From Octopus vulgaris (Eukaryota), in the NCBI GenBank assembly GCA_951406725.2, contig OX597839.1:31558001-31622000 (forward strand): a stretch of DNA of 64,000 nucleotides, read 5' to 3'. The notes under the pieces are model-generated. The model was not told the origin of the DNA, did not search any database, and saw nothing but the letters and a program-made list of their open reading frames with translations. A program made the translations under genes and the position numbers. Shown here in pieces: positions 25,041 to 38,732 of the stretch. Each line of letters starts with the position of its first letter. Positions within the stretch are counted from its first letter, which is position 1.

Positions 25041-25271
25041 TGTTTCTTTATTGCCCACAAGGGGCTAAACACAGAGGGGACAAACAAGGACAGACAAACG
25101 GATTAAGTCGATTACATCGACCCCAGTGCATAACTGGAACTTAATTTATCGACCCTGAAAGGATGAAAGGCAAAGTAAACCTCTGCGGAATTTGAACTCA
25201 GAACGTGACGGCAGACGAAATATGGCTACGCATTTCGCCCGGCGTGCTAACGATTCTGCCAGCTCGCCGCC
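25041..25271 (-). mobile_element. SINE family B, young full-length copy with 15-bp TSD
   Basis: Minus strand head ggcggcgagctggcagaatcgttagc, B-box gagttcaaattcc, central gcctttcatcctttcagggtcgataaatt. TSD gccccacaccttaac at 25026-25040 and 25272-25286. Confidence 0.93.
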
Positions 25272-25439
25272 GCCCCACACCTTAACCTATGCTATTAGGA
25301 AGCATTCAAAAAGAATAAACACACACTTTTTCATAGAAATAAAGTATCACAGTATCAATCAGATATTATTGTACATTGCTGGTCACAATGCATTTTAAAT
25401 TCTGTCTTGATTGCACCATTCCATTCCATCTTGACCCAA

Positions 25440-25660
25440 ATCCTTTAACTAAATCATCTTCTGACCATCGTAGAAGCCTGCCAAGTCATTTAGACATCAC
25501 TCAGCAACTGTGAGGGTTCACCTGTTGTCTGTGAGCCTTGTGACATGTCTGGCCCAGCGGAACTTGGGCTTTCTGTAAACTGCAATCACAGCATTCATTC
25601 CGCTCCGTTCTTGAATTATCTCATTTTGAATATGCTCTCATAATGATATTCCCAGCAACA
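25440..25660 (-). mobile_element. RTE-clade LINE ORF C-terminal remnant (with stops)
   Basis: Minus-strand translation LLGISL*EHIQNEIIQERSGMNAVIAVYRKPKFRWARHVTRLTDNR*TLTVAE resembles the RTE motif MLGISLRDRIRNE..KWRWAGHVAR..DNRW. Confidence 0.8.
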
Positions 25661-27494
25661 AGGAAGAATTTTGGATGGGACAAAGGAAATGCTAGAGAAA
25701 CAGAAAACCATGACGAAGAACATGAAAGATCCCCAAGTATTTCGTTCTCCGTAAAGCAATCAGACAACATCTAGGAAATGACTTTGAGAAACTGATGCAG
25801 GCTGCAGAGGAAAGAAGTGTAAAAAGATGCAGGAGAGGGCTGGCACTCTATAGGTCAGAAGGAGACAGTTAAAAATCATAATGTGGAAGAGTTCATTATA
25901 TTTAATTAGATCAGAAATTATTGGTCATTTCTTTAAGCCAGTTTTAATTCCTGATTGAAGAGAATTCATTTCACCTCTGTCATGCACATTGTCTGGAAAA
26001 ACCTGAATGCCATAGTCCCCTTTCCTTTTACTGTTAATTAGGGACCTCCAGTCCACGGCTAAGAAATAAATATTTCAATAGGTTTACAACTAGAGGGTGA
26101 GTGACAACAGGAAGTCAAAAAAACCTGACAATTTGTAAAAATGACAGTACACAACATCACACAAGATGGGGAGATGAAATGGATAGGTTTAATGAAAATT
26201 AGAGCTCAGAGATCCCAAACCGAGAGTTATGGAGAAATAAATGGAAGGCCTCTGTCGAAAATTGGGAAACTAATGGTTGATTTGATTGATTGACAGAGAT
26301 AAATGTAGTAATGTCTTTCATTTAAGCCAACACAGCGACATAACCTCTGATCTTTGATTTAGTAATATGTAATTTTAACTCTCCATAAATTAAGAGAAGA
26401 CAAAGGAACCAAACAAATTACTTTCTATAGATCCATCAAGATTAGGCACTTAAAAGGAACATGGATTATGTAAATCTTTTACTGAAATTACAAATACAAT
26501 TTAATAAGCTTTGATAAATTTAACATTCTAAGTTAAATTTAGATAATCAATATTCCTATCAAATTTAAATTTATAATTTTATGATAAAATGATTATGTAT
26601 TAAAATTAAAAGGTTTTAAATAGAAGCAGGCAGGCTTAACATACATAATCATAAATAATTAACACATAATTATAAAAACAATACACACACCCACACATGC
26701 GTGCATACATACATACTCGTAATATAAACACACATGCTGTAAGGGCATGCATGAATATTTATAGATACAAACATGCATGCATAGAAGATATGCATATTCA
26801 ACACGCATGAAATGTGTGTGTGTATAATTTATGGATGGATGAGATTACAAATAACTAAAGCGATGCTCCAAATTTAAATCCCTGTACTTTTAAATGAAAC
26901 ACACCACAGCCATCTCTGTCAATTTCTCCCCTCTTTCACAGCCACCCTTCTGTCAATGCATCACCTCTCTTCCATCACAATGGCCATATAATGACAGATA
27001 CCATTGAATCTCTCCATACCCAGTTCCATCTACCTGTTTCCCTCTCTCCTTCATATCTATCACTCTTACCGTTACCATTACATCATGCTGTTTCTTTTTT
27101 TTTATTGAAGCTCCTTCCTGACAACAAGTATGTTGTTGCCTGTCACTGTCTCTCTTCCATTGCTCTCCCACCTACCATACCCATAGAATGGAGACAACAT
27201 GGTGGAGGAGAGTGTCGCTCTTCTAGCTGGGGATGTTACAATCTTTCTAGGGTGAACGCCATTACATTCTATGAAGTGCTTTTTCTTCAGAAGTACATTC
27301 AACCATAAAAAATATACAAAAACTAAAAAAAAAATATACAAGTGAGACATGGTTCACTGACCTATCTAGGGCAGTTGAGGGGAGGGGAGGATATTCAGAC
27401 TAAGGGCTGACTTGGACCATAATGATCCATATCAGCAGGGACAATAGGAGGAAAATGTATGATGATGATCGCATACATAAATATATGCATATCA

Positions 27495-27879
27495 TACAAA
27501 GTCCCCTTTTCCATGCTGGCATGGTTCACACAGAATTTACTGAGGTAGACTTTCTACAGCCAGATGCCCTTTTTCTTGCCAACCCTCACCTGTTTCCAAG
27601 CAAGGTAATAAGTTCTTTCAGAATATTGGAATATTCAATGGCACTGCTTCTATGACAGAAACAATAATTTTACAACTATCATGCAACATTAAGACCAGAA
27701 GTCACAAACATTCACACACACACACACAATGGGCTTCTTTCAGTTTTTGTCTACCAAATCCACTTGCAAGGCTTTGGTTGGCCTAAGGCTACAGAAGAGG
27801 ACACTTACCCAAGATGGCACACAGTGGGACTGAACCTGGAACAATGTGGTTGGGAAGAAATTTTCTTCCCACACAGCCA

Positions 27880-27882
<3 letters not shown>
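27495..27882 (-). mobile_element. Degenerate family C fragment plus SINE family A head
   Basis: ttttccatgctggcatgg..ttctacagccagatgccctt; acccaagatggcacacagtgggactgaacc. Confidence 0.7.
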
Positions 27883-27960
<78 letters not shown>

Positions 27961-28289
27961 CAAAAGAATATATATAAGTATGTGTATATATATATCATTA
28001 CTAGGACAAATGCTAGGCTGTTGTTTCTCTGTGTCTATCTGCAGAGCTCACATGGCAATATCACAAATTATTTGTGACAGTAAAACTGAGACAGGAAATT
28101 AATATATAGACAATAATCATTTATTTATTTAAACTAGATTTCCTTCTCTCTCTCTCTCATTCCTAATAAAACCCAGAGGCTCCAAAGACACACACTGAGC
28201 TGTTTATTTGCTGGATTATTTCTCTGTTTATGATTCTGTGAGAATCACAAAGATGAATGATGATATCTGAAATTATTAGCAACACGGAG

Positions 28290-28530
28290 ACAAGAAGTCA
28301 AACTAGCATTAATGTGGAGGATGTGAGATGGCAAGAAAGAATTGAGGTGGGCAGACTTCACTGGGTGTATATAATGCTAGTGTGTGTGTGTATATTAGAG
28401 CACACAGAAAGGAGAGGAAAACTGTGTAGAAAGGCAGTCAGGTGTAACGTGCAAGAGATAAGTTTGCACTGGTATGGACATGTGATGCTTACAGAAGAGG
28501 GGGGGGTGTAAAGAAGTGCTAAGCCATCCA
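28290..28530 (+). mobile_element. RTE-clade LINE remnant
   Basis: Translation ..VRCNVQEISLHWYGHVMLTEE resembles the RTE LRWYGHVMR motif. Confidence 0.65.
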
Positions 28531-28754
28531 TGTAATTAAGTTAATTAAATTAAATACATAATTATTGTAATAAGGCATATTAACCCCATCTGGCAAACAC
28601 CTTTGCATACATTTTCACCAATCTTAGCAAATATGATGAACCACCAAGAAAGAAATTCCTCCAACTCTGCTGACAATGAAAGACAGTGAGGAAACGTCTT
28701 TGTGATTGTCTGTGCGTCCTCAAAAGGCATAAAAAAAAGCAAAAGATTTAATTA

Positions 28755-29170
28755 GCAGGTGTGGCTGTGTGGCAAGAAGCTTGCTTCCCAGCCACATGGT
28801 TCCATGTTCAGTCCCACTGAATGAAGTCTTGGGTGTCTTCTACTATAGCCCTAGGACAACCAAGGCCTTGCGAGCAGATTTGGGAGACAGAAACTAGAAA
28901 AAACCTGTCGTGTGTGCGTGTGTGTGTGCATGCGTGCATGTATGTGTGTGTTTCTTTATGTCTATGTTTGTCCCTCCCCCACTGCTTAACAAATGGTGTA
29001 GGTTTTTTTTTTATGATTCTGTAACTTAGTGGTTTGGCAAAAAGAGAGCAATAGAATAAGTAGAGGGTTAAAAATGAAAAGAAGTACTGGGGTTGATTCC
29101 TTCAACTAAAGGTGCCCCAGCATGACTGCAGTCTAATAACTGAAACAAGTAAAAGATAAAAGATGATAAA
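28755..29170 (+). mobile_element. SINE family A, older copy
   Basis: gcaggtgtggctgtgtgg..gttcagtcccactg..actgaaacaagtaaaagataaaag. Confidence 0.85.
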
Positions 29171-29289
29171 AAAAGGGCAAGTGCTGGACCCTACTGTTAT
29201 CTGGGAATGCACCAAATGCTCAAAATGCAGAAAGAGTTTGATTAGTATTCTATGGAGTGCATCAATGTAAACTGCAGATGCATCAACAA

Positions 29290-29430
29290 GTTGCAGAGAA
29301 GGAAGATTGCATCAGTGAATTGGAATGCTCCATAAATGTATCTGATAGTTTCTGTTACCCAGGTGACATAATTTGCAGAGGAGGTAGGTGTTCTGAAACA
29401 ACGATATCCAGAGTAAGAACCGGGTGGGAA
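29290..29430 (+). mobile_element. RTE-clade LINE reverse-transcriptase remnant
   Basis: VSDSFCYPGDIICRGGRCSETTISRVRTGW resembles the RTE segment V.DSFCYLGD.I..GGG....V..R.R.GW. Confidence 0.75.
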
Positions 29431-29814
29431 CAATCATGGGAGTACATGGACATGCTTATGAGGAGCCATCAAAGGGGAAGACGACATCGATTGAGGAGAT
29501 TCCTCCTCCTCCACCTCCACCTCAGTATTTCTCATGAGAGCAGATGTGGCTGACAAAGACCCATATGAGATAGGAAGATCCTGTGGCAGTGATGGCACTG
29601 AAAGTGACCCCAAACAACAGCCAGCGTCACACACAGTCTCCTGTGCCAGGGGCTCCAACCGATTGGGAGGGACACTGCATAAAATGGGAGACTGCTTGAG
29701 GTGGTCATGAAAACAACATTTTTGGATGTCTATGAGCCGTACCTCCAGCCTTGATCTCACTGACGAGGACCATCTTTGGGAGCCGGTTACCTATGCCCAT
29801 TAACACCTACCCAC

Positions 29815-30080
29815 ACATCATCATCATCATTTAGCGTCCGTATTCCATGCTAGCATGGGTTGGACGGTTCAACTGGGGTCTGTGAAGCCGGAAGGCTGCA
29901 TCAGGCCCAGTCAGATCTGGTAGTGTTTCTACGGCTGGATGCCCTTCCTAACGCCAACCACTCTGTGAGTGTAGTGGGTGCTTTTTCCGTGCCACCCGCA
30001 CAAGTGCCAGACAGAGCTGGCAAACGGCCACGAACGGATGGTGCTTTTACGTGCCACTGGCACGGGGGCCAGGTGAGGCG
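29815..30080 (-). mobile_element. Family C RTE-related short retroelement
   Basis: Minus strand gagtggttggcgttaggaagggcatccagccgtagaaac .. aacccatgctagcatgg..ggacgctaaa(tga)n tail. Confidence 0.85.
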
Positions 30081-30599
30081 AGAGACACATTTAGACACAT
30101 TTGTAAATACACAACTAATGAATAAATGCATAATAATGAATACACACGATCACACACATATTGAAGAGATAGAATGAAAACCCAATTCATGTCCTTTCCC
30201 AAAATTTCTTTTGCTTTTTCCTAATAGACTCTGCCAGAAATATGTTAACACTGACTTTGTGATTCCGGTTGTTTGAATTAGTTCCTTAGAACGATGGCAA
30301 CAAAGTTGGTGCTAAGTAAGAAACAAAGGACAATATGATGGAGTCATTTCTTTAAAGAAATTCAGAATAAATCAATTTTAAGTCAATAAATATCAAAATT
30401 AAGAAAAACAGACGAAACAGACACAAATAACAAAAGCTAAACAAAGACAAAGAAATAAAGGTAAACATCAGAGACCAGTTTATCAATTAGGGAAGCGAAA
30501 ACAGGTGGGGGGGGGAGAATATTTTTCTTTGCTGGTTTAGTTTTATTTGGAGATATTATTTTTTTCTGTTTAAAGGAGTAAAGCTATATCACAGAGAAT

Positions 30600-30614
30600 G
30601 TGCCTATATATATG

Positions 30615-30645
<31 letters not shown>

Positions 30646-30912
30646 ATACATTTAAATATACACACACACACATATATATATATACATATATATATGAATA
30701 CATACACGTATACATATATATGCCTACACACACATATATATGCATATATAACACATTTATATACATACACACATATATACATATAAATATATATACATAC
30801 AGACACACATATATATGCATACATACATATACACACATATATATGCATATATACATACATACACATATATATATAGATGCATATATATATGTGCATACAT
30901 ACACACACACAT
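30600..30912. repeat. Mixed (TA/CA)n low-complexity tract
   Basis: Direct reading. Confidence 0.9.
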
Positions 30913-31069
30913 AATTTTCCAACATAATTAAAGTCAGTCACCTAATATATAAACCATAATATACAACCCTTAATAGTTTGAGGAGGTGGTGGAGGAAAAG
31001 CAACACATTAAAACAATATCAACGATATTAATATTAACAAAGTTACAATATCATTATTTTTATTATTAT

Positions 31070-31071
<2 letters not shown>

Positions 31072-31126
<55 letters not shown>

Positions 31127-31152
31127 TGATGATAATAATAATAATAATAATA
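31072..31152. repeat. (AAT)n microsatellite
   Basis: Direct reading. Confidence 0.95.
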
Positions 31153-33495
31153 CAGATGATTAAACTATATGTAAGCTAATTTCTTTTTCCCCAAATTTTT
31201 GAATCAGAGATAATGGAATTGTTAAAATTAATTCAAGAACCCAAAAGTTATTAGTGAATTTCTAATGAAGGAACTGATAGCAAATACGATGTAAGGAGAT
31301 ATTCTGGACAAAATTAATTACAAACACATTAGACTAAATCATCTCAAAGCCCAACTGACTCCAGTGATCTTTTCAATACAACCCGTTACCAGCTTAGACT
31401 TCAGTATTGTTAAATAGAAAGCAATAAGGATAGAACCCTCGGTTGTTACATGTACAAAACATGGTGAACCCTTTAAATGATAATAACCTACTCCACCCTG
31501 AGAGAAAAGTAGGACATAAGAAGACAAGTTAGCTGTGACTACTGTTGTCAGGTATTTAATTTCACCTGAAACTGTCGACACTGAAACAGAATCAGAGAGA
31601 AGAACGGAGCGAGTTTTTAATAAGGTCCAACTAAGCAAATACCTAACAACCCTAGATAAGTAATTCTTCTTCAGTTAATTCTTAGTCACTGAAATTGGAT
31701 AAAACTGGATAACATTCTAAAATAAATGGAAAGAAAATGGAATAACAGAGGAAATGGAAGCTAAAATCAAACTTGGTATTCTATATTAGCAGACTCGACA
31801 GACATACACCCACATATACGTATACACCCATTACTGATTAAATTCTTTTACATACAGACACATGCTGACAATTATAACACTCATACATACACATGTGTCT
31901 ATACAAACACTCTTGCTTATAAAAACATGCATAGATACGAACATGTAAACAATGTAGTGCTTTTCAGTAGAAGTTGTTCTTTTCCTACTCTCATTTATCC
32001 TTTATGTACACACACTCGTATATGCATCTATACATGCATATAAATCTGTTTTTCTTTTCTTTAAAAATCAATAGAATTCTTCCAGTTTTTCTTTTTATTG
32101 ATTTTTATTTATGAAACTCTTCTGCTTCAAGCATGCTTAATGCAAGTTGCCCAAATGTTTCAGATTATTTTTAACACTATTTACAGGCAGCCTCGAAGAA
32201 TATCAGACAATTAATTCTGTTAATATTGATCAGACTGGCATCATGAACCAGCCGCATCTTACATTTAGCTTTTGTTTTGGATGCATTTAAGAAATGATGA
32301 TGATGAAGATGATGATGATCATCATCATTATCATCATTACTGCTATCATCAACATCACCATTTTGCTCACAAAAATGATCCTTTTTTCATGGCACAAATC
32401 AGCATCACTCCCATACCCTAATCTTTACAGCTATTATTGGTACATATTTGATTGAGGATCCTACCCCCCCCCCCATATCAACAGTAAATCACAGGAGAAG
32501 AAATACCTGAAGCTGACTGAAGCAAGATTGGATTTCAGTTCAGTTCTGTGGAATATTTAGTACAATCCTCCCCCCCCCCCCACATTGTCAATTCCCATTC
32601 AATCGTCTTCACCACCACAAATGAGGAGAGAGAGAGGGGGGGGGGAATAAGCATGATTGAATAAACATTTTTGGATTTAGTCTTCAGGAATTTTGAATAT
32701 CTTCAAGCAATTAGTTTGCCTTAATACCCCTATCAACCACCCCTATCAATAATAGTCTGATATTGTTTTATTTGTTCAACAAAAATTTCAATGAGGCAAT
32801 AAAATCACCAATTTCCAGTTAACTTTGCGTCATTGCATCATTAAAGACATTTTCAAAACTTTGATTATTTTTTTCCTCTCTCTCTAACCTGTTTCTCTGA
32901 TGTCTGTCTGCCTCCACCATTGTCTCTCCCAATAATTATTATATTTCTATAGCAATAATTGGACAACAGTACAAATGACAACATACCAAAGATAGTTTTA
33001 TGAAAAAAAATAACCCAACTATTTCTGGGATCATTTTTAACTAAAGAATAGTTTCTTTACCATTTTTTTATGCTTTGCAACAATTGCAATTCTTAAACAA
33101 TTGTAAATAATTGAAGCATTGCTTGTCTTAAAATATGAGAATTTTTTTCCTATTTACACAAATTAGAAGATTATTCAGTCTAGACATTTAAAAAAAATTG
33201 CATTAAGATTTGGTTGAGTAACTTCTTTAAGGTCTGTCAGACTTGAACATAACATTAGTGTTGCCTTACGAAATTCCTGTGTCTGGACATGTTGGTTACA
33301 GTCAAACCTTATTATAGATTTTAATTTGGCCATGTCTAATTTCTGTGTTTCATGACACGAAACATTTTGGTTTGACATTCAAGAAGTCTTGAAGCCAATT
33401 TTTTTTTTTTTTTTTTAATAACAAAATGCCTTTATTTAATGCAACCCTTTACTTTTTGAAGTAAGACCATTAAACACTTTATAAATAGACTCAAC

Positions 33496-33702
33496 TACTG
33501 GTTCCCAACCATTTCAATATCTAAGCCAGATCCAAACCTGGATTTTTTGGGGGGGAGAGGGGGCCCACACCAATAAAAGTAAAACAAAAATCAATTAAAG
33601 AAAAATTTATTATATTTATTGAAGGAAGACTGTTGCGTGGGAGCATCAGAATGATGTTTGAGGGTCACATGCAGTCTTGGGAGCCATAGTCGAGAACCTT
33701 TG
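33496..33702. mobile_element. hAT/Charlie-type MITE
   Basis: Degenerate TIRs tactggttcccaacc ... gtcgagaacctttg; 8-bp flanks gactcaac / gactagac (6 of 8 identical). Confidence 0.6.
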
Positions 33703-36700
33703 GACTAGACTGTGTTAGGGTGGGTCATTTTAAAAGACCTTAACCAATTCAGTTGTCCACCTCCTTTCGATCTGATAGATTTGATGCAGAAAATATTTCT
33801 TTCAATGAATGACTCTACAGAAATATGTGAGAATTTGCTATTTACTTGAAAATAAAGCAGTCTTTATAGCTGGGTGATTATAAACTTTGTTGCAACCACT
33901 TCTATAAAGCTCAAACTTTGAGAATAAGCTTTTGGTAGTTGTGATAAATATTTTGCAGAGACTGGGAAAGTATAAGAAAGAAACGAAAGGCAAACAGGAA
34001 TTTAAAATGTTCTCTGGTGTAGCATAAAATTGCATTGAAACACAATAGAAAAAAAAAATTTTATGAGCAAACTTGTTAAAATAAACTGAATAAAGTAAAA
34101 GTGATGTTGAATTTATGTAAGAATAGCAGGGAATTGTGTGAGTCAGGTTCTGAAATTTGGTTTTAAAAGAATGCATTTTGGTTCTCCATCATAATATGCT
34201 TGAGGTTCTTTATATTGTTTATTTAGTTGAATCTACACGTCAGATGTATTTTATAGCTGAGTGATAATCAAGAGAAGGGGGAAAAAGAAAATGTAAAATC
34301 TTTACAATATAACTTACCACAAGGAATGTTATATAAGCTACTTTTCATGGAATAATGTTTAAATTCTTTATATAAAGAATTTCTTTTATATGGCAACATG
34401 TGTGAAGCAGGTTTCTAAATTAACTCCTCAGCTTTCATATTTCATTTGAGAGTCAAAACTCATTTCTATCTGTCTACCGATTTACCACATTTCAATAGCA
34501 TAAAAGAAAAAATACAATACACTAAAATAAAATACAATACAATAAAATAACAAGTTCAGAGTTTGACAAATGATTCTCATGAACCTGAAGACGAAGACAC
34601 AATCCTTCACTCACTAAACATTTTTAGTTTACTTTTCATCGAATTATAAAACTTAAACCAAACTTTGTAATATTCTTCAAATTCTCTCTTCTTTCTTAGA
34701 ATTGTTTAATATTCTTCCATTCAATGGTCAGCTACCATTGCCATCTCCCACTGCATCAATACATTTCACTTGAAGACATCGGTCTTGTCAGCTTACTACT
34801 CAGTCGAGGTATTATTGATGTCACTCAGAATAACCATTCACCATTTTCTCTCAATTTTCTTAAAGCACCATTTTCGTGGTATGTCGTAAACACTGGCAAT
34901 GGGCTTTTTCTGTCCAAATTCCATAGCTTTGATACGTAGTTTGCAACACTGGCTTTTATTTGGGAGAACCAAGAGAGAATTCACAAAGTTATAGTAAAGA
35001 AACCATGGAAAATGGTACAAGAAACAATATATCAGATTAATTATTTATTATATCAATCCGACTTAATAGAAAAAGAAATCCTAATAAACTCCAAAAAACA
35101 GAAGATAATGCATTTCATCTCATTCAGGCTGTACATTGACAGACGAAAACACAAGACCATTTTGCCTCATTCCTGGCTATACATAGATGAAAACTAAGGA
35201 CTATTGTGTCTTATTCCAGGCTACACATAGACACATACTATTGAGTGTCAACGCAGTGGAATAAAAATACAGAATACAGGATATTCAAAAGACACAGCTC
35301 TAATACACATTCCCTAATCCTATATGTGTTTAATCCTCCCAGATTACCCAGGGACAGTCTTAAAATATAAGCACCACCAGCATCATCATCATCATCATTA
35401 ACATCATAGTTCCAATCACTGTGCTTGGATGCACATCACGACCAGATGCTACAATTATGCAGGAACAAAGTGGACTGAGAAAAAACTACAACAGGCCCAG
35501 GTTGCAACAGCACACATGAAACAAAAGACCATTTCATGATCTGGTCAGTGAACAAGCGGAAACACGATGAGTCTAGATTTATGGATTACACCTAGTTGAT
35601 TGAATGGTCACCTAAAAGATCAATGGAGAAGCCTCTACATGGTCACAGAGCATGCTAAAACTAACAGCCAAACTAAGCTAAAATTACACCCAACAATCTT
35701 AAAAAGAGAGAGAAACATATTTGGTAATTTAGACTTAGACATGCAGTGTAGTCTGAGAAAAGATGAAGGGGTCTTGACTGGACAGGGCCAAATTTTACCA
35801 TAGGTCTACTGATCAGGGTCTTGATGGATTATTGATATTGATCATTGATCTACAGATCAGGGACTTCACTGGAAAAGTTTTCATCACAGGACAGTTCGGT
35901 TAATGCTAACATCAAGGGTTACATAACACTGACAAAGACTGACTGGCTATATGCAGCTAGGGCTGAAAAAAGCTGCCAAATGGGGGAACTAAAGAAAAGT
36001 CCCATGAATTCCCAGCTGTTTTACTTTAATTCAATCATTTGCATAGAGTTGTCAGTCCAGGAGACAAAAAGTTTGATGTGTGTGTGTGTGTCTGTGTGTC
36101 CATGTGTGTGTAGGAGCATGTGTATGTGTGTGCAAATGCATGTATGTGTGTATGTGTGAGTGCACATGCATGTGTGTGCATGTCTGTGCATGTGTGAAAT
36201 CAATGTGCAAGTATGTAAATGAGAATAAATATTTATGATCGTGCAAAATTTCAATAGGATTTTATTTGAACAAAAAAAATTCTTTTTCCATTTTATTTTT
36301 TTTTTTTAGAAAATTCTAAATAGATTCTACCATCAATAGACTAAAGAAAAAAAAAAGGACAAAGAAAAGAAATATCAATTGCACAGAATGCAATGTAAAA
36401 AACAAAAAAAAAAAAAACAAATATTAAAAAAAAAAAACTAATTTATCAAAAATATTTGATAAATTAATGAACTGCATGAAGCAGATTAACAAACTCCATT
36501 TCGAGATCTCAATGATAAACATTTATCAAGTTTATTGATATCATCATCATCATCATCGTCATCATTGATTATGATCTTGCATAATTTTATTGCTGAGAGT
36601 TATTAGTCTACAAACAATAAAACGATAAGTAAATGGGTTGTGCTTATTATCTCGATATGGGTGATCGTGATCATAATCATCATCATCATCATTAAATTAG

Positions 36701-36849
36701 TTTGATTAAATAATAAGGAAAAATAGAAGAAAACACACACACACACACGCACAAAAAAAAAATCCTAGACGCCATATTTCTAATCTGTATATTTTCTTTT
36801 GATTATTGAATGAAACTAACAAACATAGAAAGATTTGCTTCATTTTTGA

Positions 36850-36909
36850 AGTGTATATATATATATGTATGTACGTATGTGTATATATATATATATGTAT
36901 GTATGTATG

Positions 36910-36947
<38 letters not shown>

Positions 36948-37017
36948 ATATTTCGGAATGGTCATATATATATATATATTCATTCATACATATATATAAA
37001 TGTATATATATATATAC

Positions 37018-37089
<72 letters not shown>

Positions 37090-37097
37090 CATACACC

Positions 37098-37155
<58 letters not shown>
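36850..37155. repeat. (TA)n-rich tract with a short unique insert
   Basis: Direct reading; insert ttgttatatttcggaatggtc near 36943-36963. Confidence 0.9.
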
Positions 37156-37158
<3 letters not shown>

Positions 37159-38329
37159 CATTGGGGTATATAGATATATAGAGAGAGAAGGAGAGAGAGA
37201 CAAAGGAAAGTGAGAGAAGAATGATACAATTACAAAGTTTGATAAATCTGTTTTGCTTATGTTATGAAAGTTGTGTGTGTGTGTGTGTGTGTGAAAGAGA
37301 AATCAAAATGGATTATACAATTCCTAAGTCTGTTGAATTTGTTTGGTTTAGTTTATAGGAAAGAAAGCGAAAGAGACTGGGAGAGAGAAATAGAGAGGGA
37401 GATATGTGGTTAAGAGTGAAAGGCAGAGTGAGAGAGAGAAGAACAGGGGAGAAAAGACAGCTGAGAAATAGACAGGAAGAAGAAGAAGAAGAAGAAGAAG
37501 AAGTAGGAAAAGAAGAACAAGCAAAATAGGGAGAAGAACATTCTTTGAGAAAAAATAAAAGAGATTAAAACAAACATGGCAAAGGAGGAACATAAAGTTT
37601 TGTTGTTTCATTTTAGATTTGGTAAATAAAAAGAATCATTATATATTTATGTTATCTCTGAATTTCTCATGAGATAAATGCTAGACAATCCCAACTATTG
37701 ACATTGTATATGTGTGTGTGTGTATGGATGGATGCATGCATGTGTATATATTTATGTATATATTTTCTATCTTTTTTTTTTGTTTCTTATCCTTCTCAGT
37801 TTCATGCCCTTCACTAATGAAACCCTCTTATCTTTCTAATTTCACTCTACCTTCAACTATTTTAATGCTATTTCCTCACTGCTCACCCATTCAACTCCTT
37901 CTGTTGCCAGATACATTATTTACCCACAGACATATAACATCAGATAACCTTTTAAATAAAAGTTTAACCCATTATTTCATTAAAGCATGCTAAAACAATG
38001 AAATTCATACAAGAATTGTTTGTATGTCTCCAGTTTTTTTTTTTTTCCAAGTTCCACAAACAAGAATTCCAGATTTCCAAGTCACTCACTGCTCAGATGA
38101 TTTGAAATGTTACAGAAGAATTTGAAGAAGAAATTGTGTCCTGTAAAGAAATTGGCACCAGAACAAAAAGGAAAGCGAAAAAGTGGAGCATAAAACCAAT
38201 CAGAAGAGTATGAAATCCTTAATTGTTGTTAACTATTATTGGGAACTTGGAATCAGTGACGAGAATATTTGGGAACAAACTTTGAAAAACTTGTTCCTAA
38301 CCAGGGAGTAGGTGCATTGCAAAAAGACA

Positions 38330-38384
38330 TGTCTGATCAAAGCCTTGCACGTGGATTTGGTTGACAGAAACTGAAAAGAGCACA

Positions 38385-38478
<94 letters not shown>

Positions 38479-38732
38479 TTATGTGTATGTTTTTGTGTGT
38501 GTGTGTGTGTCTTTGTGCTTCTCTTTGTACTCCACCACTGCTTGATAACTGATGTTGGTTTGTTTATGTCCCTATAACTTAGGTGTTCAGCAAAAAGAGA
38601 CAGATAGCATAAATACCAGGCTTAAAAGAAAAAAAAAGTACTAGGGTCTATTTGTCTGACTAAATTCTTCAAGGTGGTGCCCCAGTGTGGCCACAGTCCA
38701 ATGACTGAAACGTGTAAAAGATAAAAGATAAA
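38330..38732 (+). mobile_element. SINE family A, 5'-truncated, with expanded (CA)n
   Basis: aaagccttgcacgtggatttgg..gtgccccagtgtggccacagtccaatgactgaaac..aaaagataaaagata. Confidence 0.85.
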
